Positions 19,168-31,857 of a DNA stretch of 64,000 nt are shown piece after piece. Under the pieces are notes generated by a model. It did no database searches. It had not been told where the DNA came from and was given only the letters and a program-made list of their open reading frames with translations. Both the position numbers and the translations under genes were made by a program. Every line of letters starts with the position of its first letter. The first letter of the stretch is position 1. The DNA comes from an uncultured Gammaproteobacteria bacterium (GTDB taxonomy: Bacteria; Patescibacteriota; Patescibacteriia; SG8-24), in the NCBI GenBank assembly GCA_964626205.1, contig CAZVED010000003.1, forward strand, positions 70,421 through 134,420. Direction: 5' to 3'.

Positions 19168-20916
19168 ATGTCATTAGGAAACACCTCGACGCAGGTCCTG
19201 ACGGTGCTTCTTGAGTCAGGTCGCATCACGGAGGAACAATATAAGGAAGTCGAGCGCTTAAGCGCGGAATCCGGGACGCCGGCCGAGGATATTGTCGTGC
19301 AGCGAAAGTTTGCCGATGACGATCTTGTGGCGAAGGCGAAGGGTATGGTTCTTGGTGTTCCGTACATAGATCTCGTTGGCAAGGATATTCCATCCGATGT
19401 TCTCAACCTTATCAGCAAGGAGGCATCGGAAAACGCGCAGTCCGTCGCGTTTGCGCGAGAAGGTCGTTCCGTGAGCATCGGAATGATCGACCCTCGCGAC
19501 CCCGCTGCACGACAGGCGCTGGACTTTCTTGCGCAGACGGCGGGGTTCACTCCGAGCTATCACATCATCACCAAAGCGTCGTTCGCGTATGCGGCGAAGC
19601 GGTACGGGGTCATCGGTAAGGAGGTTGAGACTGCGCTTGAAGCTGCAGAAGAGAAGTACGCCGTGCCGGAGAAGACGGCAGATGGGCAAGAAGGGAAACT
19701 GGAGGAGGTCATCAAAGGAGCACCTGTCTCGCGCATCGTGAGCGTCATTCTCCGTCATGCGGTCGAAGGCGGTGCGTCAGACATTCATATCGAACCGCTT
19801 GCGGAAGAAACCCGTGTTCGGTATCGCGTGGATGGCGTTCTTCGCGCGGCCCTGACCTTGCCGAAATACATCCACTCATCGCTCATTTCGCGCATCAAGG
19901 TGCTTGCGAACCTCAAGCTCGACGAGACGCGTATTCCGCAGGACGGTCGCATCCGCGAGACGTTCGGAGACAAGGCTATCGATTTCCGCGTATCCACGCT
20001 TCCGTTGCAGGACAGTGAGAAGGTCGTGATGCGTATTCTCGACACGACGCGCGGTGTTCCGACGCTTGAGCAGCTTGGATTCCGCAAGCAGTACATCGAC
20101 ATCATTGCCGAAGAAATCAAGAAGCCGCACGGAATGTTCCTTATCACGGGGCCAACCGGTTCCGGAAAGTCCACGACATTGTTCACTGTCCTCAATATGC
20201 GCAACGAGGACGGCATCAACATCTCCACCCTGGAGGATCCAGTCGAGTACACCATCAAGGGCGTCAACCAAGCGCAGGTGCGTCCGGAGGTTGGATTCGG
20301 GTTCGCCGAAGGGCTTCGCGCGCTGCTCCGCCAGGACCCGAACGTCATCATGGTCGGTGAAATCCGTGACGGTGAAACCGGCGAACTTGCCATTCACGCG
20401 GCGCTTACCGGCCACTTGGTCTTTTCCACGTTGCATACCAACGATGCCTACGGTATCGTGCCGCGTCTGACGGATATGCGCCTCGAGCCGTTCCTCATCG
20501 CCGCGACGATGAATCTCGGCATCGCGCAGCGTCTCGCTCGAAAGATCTGCGAACGGTGCCGAGCGGAAACCGATGTCCCAGCGGAGGTCGAGGCTTCCAT
20601 CGTGCGCTTGCTCGAACCGATACCGCAGGAGTACAAGGCGCACCTGACATTCAAATCGGACGGAAGGCCACAGTTCTACAAAGGACGCGGCTGCCTGCGC
20701 TGCAACGACACCGGCTATGTCGGCCGTGTCGCCATCGCGGAAGTACTGCGATTCGACGATGCCATGCGGCAAATCGTCGCCGAAGGGTTCACTACGGAGA
20801 AGGCGGACCCGGTGGCGCGAAAGAGCGGATTCCTGACGATGCAGCAGGATGGGGTCTTGAAGGCATTGGAAGGTTTGACTACAATTGAGGAGGTGATGAG
20901 GGTTACCTCCGAATGA
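19168..20916 (+). CDS. pilB: type IV pilus assembly ATPase PilB (GspE family)
   Basis: N-terminal GSPII_E_N-type domain. Walker A LITGPTGSGKSTTLFTVL, Asp box, His box. Tetracysteine CERCRAE...CLRCNDTGY. 582 aa. Confidence 0.9.
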   Translation: MSLGNTSTQVLTVLLESGRITEEQYKEVERLSAESGTPAEDIVVQRKFADDDLVAKAKGMVLGVPYIDLVGKDIPSDVLNLISKEASENAQSVAFAREGRSVSIGMIDPRDPAARQALDFLAQTAGFTPSYHIITKASFAYAAKRYGVIGKEVETALEAAEEKYAVPEKTADGQEGKLEEVIKGAPVSRIVSVILRHAVEGGASDIHIEPLAEETRVRYRVDGVLRAALTLPKYIHSSLISRIKVLANLKLDETRIPQDGRIRETFGDKAIDFRVSTLPLQDSEKVVMRILDTTRGVPTLEQLGFRKQYIDIIAEEIKKPHGMFLITGPTGSGKSTTLFTVLNMRNEDGINISTLEDPVEYTIKGVNQAQVRPEVGFGFAEGLRALLRQDPNVIMVGEIRDGETGELAIHAALTGHLVFSTLHTNDAYGIVPRLTDMRLEPFLIAATMNLGIAQRLARKICERCRAETDVPAEVEASIVRLLEPIPQEYKAHLTFKSDGRPQFYKGRGCLRCNDTGYVGRVAIAEVLRFDDAMRQIVAEGFTTEKADPVARKSGFLTMQQDGVLKALEGLTTIEEVMRVTSE

Positions 20917-21317
20917 TCAACGATACGCCTATGGCCGACACAACGAAAAAGAACGTGCTCATCATCGACGACGACTCTTTCCTTTCAGGTATTTACGCGA
21001 CGAAACTGGACATCGAAGGGTTCGGCGTCGTGACGGCGAAGGACGGCGAGGAAGGCCTCAAGATGCTGGAGAAAGAACTTCCAGACCTCATCCTGCTTGA
21101 CGTGCTCATGCCGAAGCTCGACGGATTCGAGACGCTCAAGCGTATCAAGGCCATCCCTGGCGCCGCAGATATCCCGGTCATCATGCTTACGAATCTCGGA
21201 CAAAAAGAGGATATCGAGAAAGGGCTGGAACAGGGCGCAGTCGACTACCTCATCAAGGCGCATTTCGTCCCGGCTGAGGCCGTGGACAAGATCAAGAAGG
21301 TCCTGAAGATGGCCTGA
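20913..21317 (+). CDS. stand-alone CheY-like response regulator receiver (PilH-like)
   Basis: VLIIDDDSF...DLILLDVLMPKLDGFE...VIMLTN...K: receiver domain with phosphoacceptor Asp. No output domain. 4-nt overlap with the pilB stop. Confidence 0.8.
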   Translation: MINDTPMADTTKKNVLIIDDDSFLSGIYATKLDIEGFGVVTAKDGEEGLKMLEKELPDLILLDVLMPKLDGFETLKRIKAIPGAADIPVIMLTNLGQKEDIEKGLEQGAVDYLIKAHFVPAEAVDKIKKVLKMA

Positions 21318-21322
21318 GTCAC

Positions 21323-22531
21323 ATGGCACGCTACGATTACGAGGCACGTGAACAGGATGGCGCGCCGGTAAGCGGCGTGGTCGAATCCCCGACGGAAGAC
21401 ATCGCGCGAGAGACCCTTCGAGATAGGGGTCTTTTCGTCGTTTCGCTTGCCAAGCAGGGCAGGCAAGGGCTTCTCGCGTTCGAAATCCCGTTCTTCAACA
21501 AGATTCCCATCAAGGATATCGTGATCTTTTCCCGTCAGTTTGCGGTGCTCATGGGTTCGAAAGTGCCGGTTGTGCGCGGACTCAAAACCGTCGCGGCTCA
21601 GACGCGGAACGAGCGGTTCCGGAACATTCTCATCGATATGTCGTCGGACGTGGAGTCGGGAACAGCGCTTTCGGTCGCCATGGCCGCGTATCCGCAGGCG
21701 TTCTCCTCGTTTTTCATGAATATGATCCGCTCCGGCGAGACGACGGGCAAGCTCGAGGAAACGATGAATTACCTCGCGGACCAGATGGAACGCGACTATG
21801 ACCTTGAAGCGAAGATTAAAGGCGCGATGATCTACCCGTTGTTCGTCATCTTCGGCCTTGTTGTCGTGGGCTTCATCATGATGGCATTCGTCGTGCCAAA
21901 GCTGACGGGCGTACTTGCCGAGTCGGGTGTCGATTTGCCGATCACGACGAAGATGCTTATCGCGACATCTTCGTTCTTCGCGGACTACGCGATCGGTATC
22001 ATCATTGCCACGGTCCTTGCGGCGTTTGCGTTCCGGTTTTGGACATCTCGTGCGGGCGGACGTGCCATTTGGGATCGCGCCAAGCTGTATATCCCGGTAT
22101 TCGGTCCGCTCTTGCGGAACATCTATCTCATCCGGTTCACGCGTAGTTTCTCTACGCTTCTGCGTGGCGGCGTGGACGTCCCGCAGAGCCTCGCCATCTG
22201 TGCGGACATCGTTGGGAACGCGCATTACGAAAGCATGGTCCGCGCGACCATCAAGGAAGTGAACGATGGAAACTCGCTCACCACCATCATGGCAGAAGAC
22301 CGGCTTATCCCGCAGATGATCCCGCAGATGATCTCGGTCGGTGAAGAGACGGGCCGGCTTTTCGAGGTTCTGGAAAAGCTGACTGAATTTTACGGGCGCG
22401 AGCTCGAGAACAGCGTTGCGAACCTGGTATCCGCAATCGAGCCGCTTATCATGCTGGTCATGGGCGGTGCCGTCGGCGTCATGGTTTCAGCCATCATCCT
22501 TCCGATGTATCGGTTAGCGACAGCTTTCTGA
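21323..22531 (+). CDS. pilC: type IV pilus platform protein PilC (GspF family)
   Basis: Two GspF repeats. Motifs such as FSRQFAVLMGSKVPVVRGL and MIRSGETTGKLEE are typical. 402 aa polytopic. Confidence 0.9.
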   Translation: MARYDYEAREQDGAPVSGVVESPTEDIARETLRDRGLFVVSLAKQGRQGLLAFEIPFFNKIPIKDIVIFSRQFAVLMGSKVPVVRGLKTVAAQTRNERFRNILIDMSSDVESGTALSVAMAAYPQAFSSFFMNMIRSGETTGKLEETMNYLADQMERDYDLEAKIKGAMIYPLFVIFGLVVVGFIMMAFVVPKLTGVLAESGVDLPITTKMLIATSSFFADYAIGIIIATVLAAFAFRFWTSRAGGRAIWDRAKLYIPVFGPLLRNIYLIRFTRSFSTLLRGGVDVPQSLAICADIVGNAHYESMVRATIKEVNDGNSLTTIMAEDRLIPQMIPQMISVGEETGRLFEVLEKLTEFYGRELENSVANLVSAIEPLIMLVMGGAVGVMVSAIILPMYRLATAF

Positions 22532-22554
22532 GTTGTGGAAAAGAGAAGAGTCTG

Positions 22555-22583
22555 TTGTCCTTGCGGTCATTTTTTGCTATACT
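22555..22583 (+). promoter_or_regulatory. sigma70-like promoter TTGTCC-N17-TATACT upstream of the pilin gene
   Basis: TTGTCC (22555-22560), 17-nt spacer, TATACT (22578-22583) with upstream TGC (extended -10-like TGCTATACT). A second overlapping copy TGCTATAC follows immediately. Confidence 0.5.
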
Positions 22584-22657
22584 GCTATACAAGGTCCTCT
22601 TGTGGACAATTTATTCATCTTTCGTCATTCAACCCCGTTTAGGGGAGTAACGCACGT

Positions 22658-23152
<495 letters not shown>

Positions 23153-23176
23153 GTCATCGGTCGCACGAATCCACGA

Positions 23177-23204
23177 AAACCCCCGCACATGTGCGGGGGT
23201 TTTC
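23177..23204 (+). terminator. Rho-independent terminator between the two pilin genes
   Basis: aaaacccccgcacatgtgcgggggtttt: perfect 8-bp GC stem plus T4, immediately followed by TGCTATACT (23205-23213). Confidence 0.65.
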
Positions 23205-23245
23205 TGCTATACTTCAGGGACGACATCCCCATAATCGTAGCCCAC

Positions 23246-23719
23246 ATGGAAAATCGCACAAAAGGCTTTACGCTCATCGAGCTGCTTCTCGTCATAGCGG
23301 TCATCGGACTCATTGGCGCGCTCGCCATGGCCATGATTGATACCGCGCGAAGGAAGCCGCGCGATGCGAAACGTGTTTCGGACATCAAGGCCATACAGAC
23401 CGCATTGGACCTGTACATGGCGAGTTCGTCGACCGGATATCCGGCGACGCCGGTCGTTGCACTGGGGGAGCCTGGGGCCGATCGTCTTTGTGACACGGGT
23501 TGGCAATCACGGGCGTCTGCGTGCGCCGGCAAGGTGTATCTTGAGCTCGTTCCCAAAGCGCCTCCGGTCGCGGACGGTGCTTGCACGCCAGCGGAGAACG
23601 CCTATACGTATCAGCAGACCGGCACCGGCACCGGGTATATCATCGATTTCTGTCTCGGTGGCGAAGTGTCCGGGTACCCGGCGGGCCCGGTGACGGCGAC
23701 GGAGGACGGTATCTTGTAA
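23246..23719 (+). CDS. type IV pilin paralog (pilin candidate 2)
   Basis: MENRTKGFTLIELLLVIAVIGLI prepilin motif. Shares KRV(A/S)D(V/I)K(Q/A)IQTAL(E/D)LY, LVP(S/K)AP, CT(E/P)AENAY(S/T)Y and FC(I/L)GG blocks with the upstream pilin. The track start 23189 is an upstream extension. Confidence 0.8.
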   Translation: MENRTKGFTLIELLLVIAVIGLIGALAMAMIDTARRKPRDAKRVSDIKAIQTALDLYMASSSTGYPATPVVALGEPGADRLCDTGWQSRASACAGKVYLELVPKAPPVADGACTPAENAYTYQQTGTGTGYIIDFCLGGEVSGYPAGPVTATEDGIL

Positions 23720-23722
23720 TCT

Positions 23723-24508
23723 ATGTCGCTTCTTGCCCTCATCTCCACGTTCGTCTTCGGTACGGTCATCGGCAGTTTTTTGAACGCTGTGCTTTGGCGG
23801 CTTCGGACGGGTGAGTCGGTGGCGCATGGCCGTTCGTATTGCACGACCTGTCGTCACACGCTTGCTGCCGCGGACCTCGTGCCGCTGCTGAGTTACCTTC
23901 TGCTGCGCGGCAAGTGCCGGTATTGCGCCGCACCCATCGGCTCCCAGTACCCCATGGTCGAACTGGCGACCGGTTTCCTGTACGTCGCTTCGGCGGCAAC
24001 GGTTTTCTTCGCGCATGGGAACGTGCTTGGTGCCGACGCCCTTACGACGCTGCTGCTCTATTGGTATCTGATGAGCGTCCTCGTCATCGTCTTTGTCTAC
24101 GATTGGCGATACATGCTCATTCTTCGCGCGGTCACGTTGCCGGCAACGGGTATTGCTGCGGTAGCCAATCTCGCGCTCGGGGTACCATGGATATCGTTGG
24201 TGCTCGGCATGCTCATTGGTTGGGGGTTTTTCCGCCTGCAAATCATCGTATCCAGAGGTCGTTGGGTTGGCGGAGGTGATGCCTGGCTCGGGCTCCTCAT
24301 GGGAGCCGCGCTCGGATGGCCGATGGTCGTCGTGGCGTTATTCATCGCGTATCTTACGGGTGCAGCCGTCGGTTCGTTCATGCTCCTGACGCGGCGCGCG
24401 AGCATGCAGTCGCAGATCCCGTTCGGGACGTTCCTTGCCGCGGCGACAGTCATCACGCTTCTTGCTGGTGACGGTATCCTCACCTGGTACCTTAATCTGT
24501 TGTCATGA
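23723..24508 (+). CDS. pilD: prepilin peptidase PilD (A24 family)
   Basis: N-terminal tetracysteine zinc motif CTTCRH...CRYC. Polytopic. Catalytic-Asp-containing DWRY and GGGD motifs. Confidence 0.85.
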   Translation: MSLLALISTFVFGTVIGSFLNAVLWRLRTGESVAHGRSYCTTCRHTLAAADLVPLLSYLLLRGKCRYCAAPIGSQYPMVELATGFLYVASAATVFFAHGNVLGADALTTLLLYWYLMSVLVIVFVYDWRYMLILRAVTLPATGIAAVANLALGVPWISLVLGMLIGWGFFRLQIIVSRGRWVGGGDAWLGLLMGAALGWPMVVVALFIAYLTGAAVGSFMLLTRRASMQSQIPFGTFLAAATVITLLAGDGILTWYLNLLS

Positions 24509-25113
24509 CCGATCAGCGCGGCTTTACCTTGATCGAGATGCTGGTCTCCATGAGCATCTTTGCCGTCATCACGGGGTTCGTGATGGCGAATTATCGCGTT
24601 GGCCAACAAGGTGATGAATTGCGCATCTCGGCGCAGCTCGTAGGGAGCATGGTTCGCCGTGCGCAGACCTCAGCCGTTGCTGGCGGAGAGATTTTCGCAT
24701 GCGCTGGCGGCCTCTCCGTCGGCACGGTATGTACTCCGGGTGATGCCGCCGTATGCGGGGAGGGGACATGCGTCCGCGATATCCCACGTGGGTACGGCGT
24801 CCGGTTCTCGACGACGAGCGGCGAAGAACGACGGATGACGTATTTCGCGGACACGGATGGGAACCGCAGGTTCGGCGCAGGCGAGACGGTCCGGACAGAT
24901 ACCGTGAGCTCCGGAAGGTTCGTCGACGTGGTTGCCGTGTCGCCAGCCGACAACGGTGCTCTTGAGATCGTCTTTGTGCCGCCGCGGGCGGCGGCGTTCT
25001 ATAACGCCGCGACGGACGTGATTGAGGCGGTCATCACGCTCCGGCATCGTACGACGGGACAAGAGCGCGATGTCCGCATCAACCGTATTTCCGGACAAGT
25101 CAGCATCGACTGA
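24505..25113 (+). CDS. minor pilin / pseudopilin (GspH/FimT-like)
   Basis: MTDQRGFTLIEMLVSMSIFAVI prepilin N-terminus. Confidence 0.7.
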   Translation: MTDQRGFTLIEMLVSMSIFAVITGFVMANYRVGQQGDELRISAQLVGSMVRRAQTSAVAGGEIFACAGGLSVGTVCTPGDAAVCGEGTCVRDIPRGYGVRFSTTSGEERRMTYFADTDGNRRFGAGETVRTDTVSSGRFVDVVAVSPADNGALEIVFVPPRAAAFYNAATDVIEAVITLRHRTTGQERDVRINRISGQVSID

Positions 25114-25114
25114 T

Positions 25115-25735
25115 ATGCCAAAAGCATACGCGCAACGAGGACAAAGCATGCTGGAGGCGATTGTCGCCATTGGCATCATCACGACCGCGGTGTCGAGCGC
25201 GTTGACGTTGACGCAAGGTTCCATCAAGGCGGAGTCCGAAGCGCAAGCAGCGATTGTCGCGGCGAATCTTGGGAGGGAGGCTGCCGAAGTCGTTCGTGCG
25301 CTCCGTGACTCGAACTGGCTCGCGGGAAGGGAATTTGATGACGGGCTTGAAGGACCGGGATTCGATTACACTGGTGTACCTGTTTTTGATGTGGAGACAG
25401 GAGTATGGGCCATGGATTTTTCCGCGGATGCCATCGATGACGAAGAGGCGGTCGTCTATCGGCAAGTTGAGGAGGACGGTACGGCAACAGTCGGGCTGCA
25501 TCGTCAGGCGACAGGGCAGCCGGATGGATCGATTCCTACGGCATTTCGCCGGCTGGTCACGCTGGATGCCCTCTGCGATGACGGTGCAGGCGGAATAACG
25601 ATCGCGGAGAACGGATCCGGATGTGGGGTGGGGGAAGGCAAGATCGGCATGCGAGTCCAGATTGACATGGCCTGGCGGATTCCCGGTCGCATCCGGAGTC
25701 ATACTATCGAGTACCATTTGTATGATTGGAGATAA
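25115..25735 (+). CDS. minor pilin (PilV-like)
   Basis: MPKAYAQRGQSMLEAIVAIGIITTAV: prepilin-type cleavage motif G/QSMLE. The track start 25022 overlaps the previous gene. Confidence 0.6.
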   Translation: MPKAYAQRGQSMLEAIVAIGIITTAVSSALTLTQGSIKAESEAQAAIVAANLGREAAEVVRALRDSNWLAGREFDDGLEGPGFDYTGVPVFDVETGVWAMDFSADAIDDEEAVVYRQVEEDGTATVGLHRQATGQPDGSIPTAFRRLVTLDALCDDGAGGITIAENGSGCGVGEGKIGMRVQIDMAWRIPGRIRSHTIEYHLYDWR

Positions 25736-26345
25736 GCCGCAGCAGGAAGAAGAGCAGGACTCCCGAGGGTTCACCTTGATGGAGTTGGTTGTCGTGCTCG
25801 GCATCTTTACGACCGTTGTCGTTGCGGCGAGCGATATCTTCCTTCTCGCAAGCAAGTCCCAACGGAGGATTTTCAGTTTTGAGCGTACGCAAGCGGACGC
25901 ACGGTTCACTATGGAGACGTTCGCGCGCGAAATCCGCTCCGGCGCCATCGACTACGCGTATTATGCCGATCGCAGCGAACCGATCGGCATACCGGAGCGC
26001 GAACTCGCGATTGTTGATGGTGACGATGCGCGTATCCGTTTCTTCCGGAGCGAGGACGTCGCAGACTGTGTCGATGCCAACAGCACACCGTGCCTTTTGG
26101 TCGCGGTGGATGGGGGTACACCTGCTGTCATCACCCCGAAGGATGTCGCCGTGCGGAACATCGCGTTCTATGTCACACCAGCAGCGGACCCGCAGGAATT
26201 CGAACCAGACGGCGGCACGTATGCCGCTGATGTCCAGCCGCATGTGACCATCGTGCTGATGCTCGAAAGCACTCGTGGCCGTGACGGCGAGCGCGCGCTC
26301 GTTTCCTTCCAGACAACGGTCGCCATGCGGACCTATAGCCGATAG
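25722..26345 (+). CDS. minor pilin / pseudopilin (PilW/GspJ-like)
   Basis: SRGFTLMELVVVLGIFTTVVVA prepilin motif 10 residues after the ATG at 25722. Confidence 0.65.
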   Translation: MIGDKPQQEEEQDSRGFTLMELVVVLGIFTTVVVAASDIFLLASKSQRRIFSFERTQADARFTMETFAREIRSGAIDYAYYADRSEPIGIPERELAIVDGDDARIRFFRSEDVADCVDANSTPCLLVAVDGGTPAVITPKDVAVRNIAFYVTPAADPQEFEPDGGTYAADVQPHVTIVLMLESTRGRDGERALVSFQTTVAMRTYSR

Positions 26346-26348
26346 CCT

Positions 26349-29151
<2,803 letters not shown>

Positions 29152-29163
29152 AAAAGAACGCTT

Positions 29164-29460
29164 ATGGAGCTCAAAAAGGAAGACGTTGTCCACATCGCCA
29201 AGCTTGCTAGGCTCGCCATCACGGAAGAGGAGACTTCGACGTTCCAGGGACAACTGTCGTCCATCTTGGGATACATCGAGACGCTGCAGTCCGTTGATAC
29301 GGCAGGCATCGAGCCGATGGAGCACAGCATCGAGACCCACAACGTCATGCGTGAGGATGTCGATGTCCCAGCAACGGACGCGACACGCGATGCGTTGCTC
29401 GCAGCGTTCCCAGAGAAAGCTGCCGACGGCTCACTCAAGGTGAAAGCGGTATTCTCATGA
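29164..29460 (+). CDS. gatC: Asp-tRNA(Asn)/Glu-tRNA(Gln) amidotransferase subunit C
   Basis: 98 aa. VHIAKLARLAITEEE N-terminus typical of GatC. Overlaps gatA (ATGA). Confidence 0.8.
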   Translation: MELKKEDVVHIAKLARLAITEEETSTFQGQLSSILGYIETLQSVDTAGIEPMEHSIETHNVMREDVDVPATDATRDALLAAFPEKAADGSLKVKAVFS

Positions 29461-30929
29461 ACAAGGATCTCCGGACACTCACTGCCACGGAAGCCGTTGC
29501 AGGTTTCAAGGATGGTTCGCTGACCTCCCGTGGCCTTACGGAAGCCGTGCTTGCTGCTGCCAAGGAGGCACAAGGTCGCACGGCGGCATATGTCGGCCTG
29601 TGCGAAGACGCGGCGCTCGCGAGTGCGGATGCTGCAGACGCTCGGTATGCGAAAGGCGCTCCGCTGTCTGAAATCGACGGAGTCCCTGTTGGCGTGAAGG
29701 ACAACATTCTCGTGCAAGGGTTCCGTGCTACCGCAGGGTCTGCCATCCTCAAGGACTATGTCGCGCCGTACGACGCGACCGTGACCAAGCGGATCAAGGA
29801 AGCGGGTGCGGTCATTGTGGGGAAGACAAACATGGATGAGTTCGCCATGGGGTCCAGTACGGAAAGCTCCGTGCATGGTCCGACGAAGAATCCGTGGGAT
29901 GTTGCTTGCGTTCCAGGCGGGTCGAGCGGTGGTTCCGCAGCTGCGGTCGCCGAAGGGTCTGCCGTCCTCGCGCTCGGTACCGACACCGGAGGCTCCATTC
30001 GCCAACCGGCGTCGCTCACTGGCGTCGTCGGCATGAAACCGACGTATGGTCGCGTGTCTCGCTATGGCGCGATTGCCATGGCATCGAGTCTCGACCAGAT
30101 CGGTCCATTCGCCCGGTCGGTAGAGGACGCCGCGGCATTGCTTCGCGTTATTGAAGGTAAGGATCCAAAGGATGCCACAAGCGTTCCGCACCAGGATGCT
30201 TGGAAGATTCCTACCGCGCTTGATGGGGACATCAAGGGGCTTCGTGTCGGCTTACCGAAGGAATGCTTCGGTCCGGGGAACGACCCTGAGGTAGAGCGGT
30301 CCGTCCGTGCCGCGGTCAGTGCGCTCGAATCACGAGGTGCAGAGGTTCGTGAAATCTCCCTGCCGCACAACGAACATGCGTTGGCGGTGTATTACGTGCT
30401 CATGCCGTGCGAAGTGAGCGCAAACCTTGCACGTTTCGATGGTGTCCGGTACGGCAAGCGTGTCACGGCGGAAACGCTAGAAGAAACCTATCGCCAGACC
30501 CGACATGAAGGTCTCGGAGCGGAGGTGCGGCGCCGCATCATGCTCGGCACCTACGCGCTCTCGTCGGGGTACTATGACGCGTACTACCTTAAGGCGCAGC
30601 GAGTGCGGCGCATCATCGCGAACGACTACGCCGCGGCCTTCCAAGACGTAGACGTCATCATCACTCCGACCTCGCCGTCTGTCGCGTGGAAGCTCGGCGA
30701 GAAGGTCGCAGACCCGCTTGCCATGTACCTCATGGACATCTTCACGGTGTCCGTGAACGTGGCGGGGCTTCCCGGTATCTCTTTGCCGTGCGGTACGGCG
30801 CAGGGCTTGCCGGTGGGTATCCAGGTCATCGGTAAGCACTTCGACGACGCGACCGTGCTCCGCACGGCGAAAGCGGTCGAGGGAGCCGTTGGGTGGCTCG
30901 CAGGCGGAAACGTTCCGAAGAACGCATAA
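29457..30929 (+). CDS. gatA: Asp-tRNA(Asn)/Glu-tRNA(Gln) amidotransferase subunit A
   Basis: Amidase signature GGSSGGSAAAVA, catalytic Ser-cisSer-Lys context. 490 aa. Confidence 0.9.
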   Translation: MNKDLRTLTATEAVAGFKDGSLTSRGLTEAVLAAAKEAQGRTAAYVGLCEDAALASADAADARYAKGAPLSEIDGVPVGVKDNILVQGFRATAGSAILKDYVAPYDATVTKRIKEAGAVIVGKTNMDEFAMGSSTESSVHGPTKNPWDVACVPGGSSGGSAAAVAEGSAVLALGTDTGGSIRQPASLTGVVGMKPTYGRVSRYGAIAMASSLDQIGPFARSVEDAAALLRVIEGKDPKDATSVPHQDAWKIPTALDGDIKGLRVGLPKECFGPGNDPEVERSVRAAVSALESRGAEVREISLPHNEHALAVYYVLMPCEVSANLARFDGVRYGKRVTAETLEETYRQTRHEGLGAEVRRRIMLGTYALSSGYYDAYYLKAQRVRRIIANDYAAAFQDVDVIITPTSPSVAWKLGEKVADPLAMYLMDIFTVSVNVAGLPGISLPCGTAQGLPVGIQVIGKHFDDATVLRTAKAVEGAVGWLAGGNVPKNA

Positions 30930-30945
30930 TTTTTCATACGAACAT

Positions 30946-31395
30946 ATGGCATCTCCGAACAGCAGCAAGCGCGTCATCCGGAAGGGTCAGAACAAGGTCG
31001 CGGTATCCCCGCGCTCCAAAGCATCACGTACGGCATCGTCCGGGAAGCTCCGAATGAAAGGGATGGCGCTACCGCCGAAGGATGCTAAAGGCGTGCTCGA
31101 CACGAAGCGCAACATTTTCGGAGGCGAACTCATCATCTCTGGCGAGATGGACGGCAGGCTTCGCGCGGAAATCATGGCGACCGTAAAGAATGTCGTGAGC
31201 GGCAAGGTCGGACGCACTGCGAAGCAGGCCGCAGTCGCGATGGAAAAGGATCGTATCGTCGTGCGGACCGCTGAGCCGCAGCCGGCGATTGCGCTGGGAA
31301 AGAAGCTGCATCAGGCGCATAAGGGCGGACGCCTCAAGATCGTCTGGGCGGATGACACCGCGCCAGTGCGCGTGCATTGGACGACCGGGAAATAA
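30946..31395 (+). CDS. hypothetical basic protein (no gatB at this position)
   Basis: MASPNSSKRVIRKGQNKVAVSPRSK...: Lys/Arg-rich N-terminus, 150 aa. No family recognised. Confidence 0.45.
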   Translation: MASPNSSKRVIRKGQNKVAVSPRSKASRTASSGKLRMKGMALPPKDAKGVLDTKRNIFGGELIISGEMDGRLRAEIMATVKNVVSGKVGRTAKQAAVAMEKDRIVVRTAEPQPAIALGKKLHQAHKGGRLKIVWADDTAPVRVHWTTGK

Positions 31396-31398
31396 GCT

Positions 31399-31857
31399 AT
31401 GACCGTGACTGTCGACATCGGCTCGCTCGTCCAAGGTCTCGGCATGGCCATCTTGGCGGTGGTCGCGGTCTTGGTCGTGGTGCTGCTGTGGCAGAAGGTC
31501 CGTCGGTTCTTTGCTGGACGTAAGTACGATCCATCCGATCGCGCTGGTCTGCAGCGGCGATGGGCGGAGATCGAAGACATGGTCAAGGCGCCCGGCGAGA
31601 TGTCTGCGAAGCTCGCGGTCATCGAGGCGGACAAGTTGTTGGACCATGCGCTCAAGGCGCTTGCGTTCCCGGGCATGACGCTTGGCGAGCGTCTACGGTT
31701 CGCACAGTACAAGTATCCGGACTTGCGGAAGGTCTGGTGGGCGCACAAGGTCCGAAACCAGCTTGCGCACGAGGCGAGTTATCATCTTGACCGCGGTATG
31801 GCGAAGCGCGCCGTTGCCGAATTCCGTCGCGCCCTCATCCGGCTGGGCGCGATATGA
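31399..31857 (+). CDS. hypothetical membrane-anchored protein
   Basis: One TM (GMAILAVVAVLVVVLLW) then a soluble helical domain. Overlaps lgt by ATGA. Confidence 0.45.
   Translation: MTVTVDIGSLVQGLGMAILAVVAVLVVVLLWQKVRRFFAGRKYDPSDRAGLQRRWAEIEDMVKAPGEMSAKLAVIEADKLLDHALKALAFPGMTLGERLRFAQYKYPDLRKVWWAHKVRNQLAHEASYHLDRGMAKRAVAEFRRALIRLGAI

Noticed and set aside
16924-22225. Large antisense ORFs across the pilus locus (16924..18243, 19876..20772, 21245..22225)
   Set aside because: Antisense to pilM/N, pilB and pilC, which carry unambiguous Walker and GspF motifs. Rejected as shadow ORFs.
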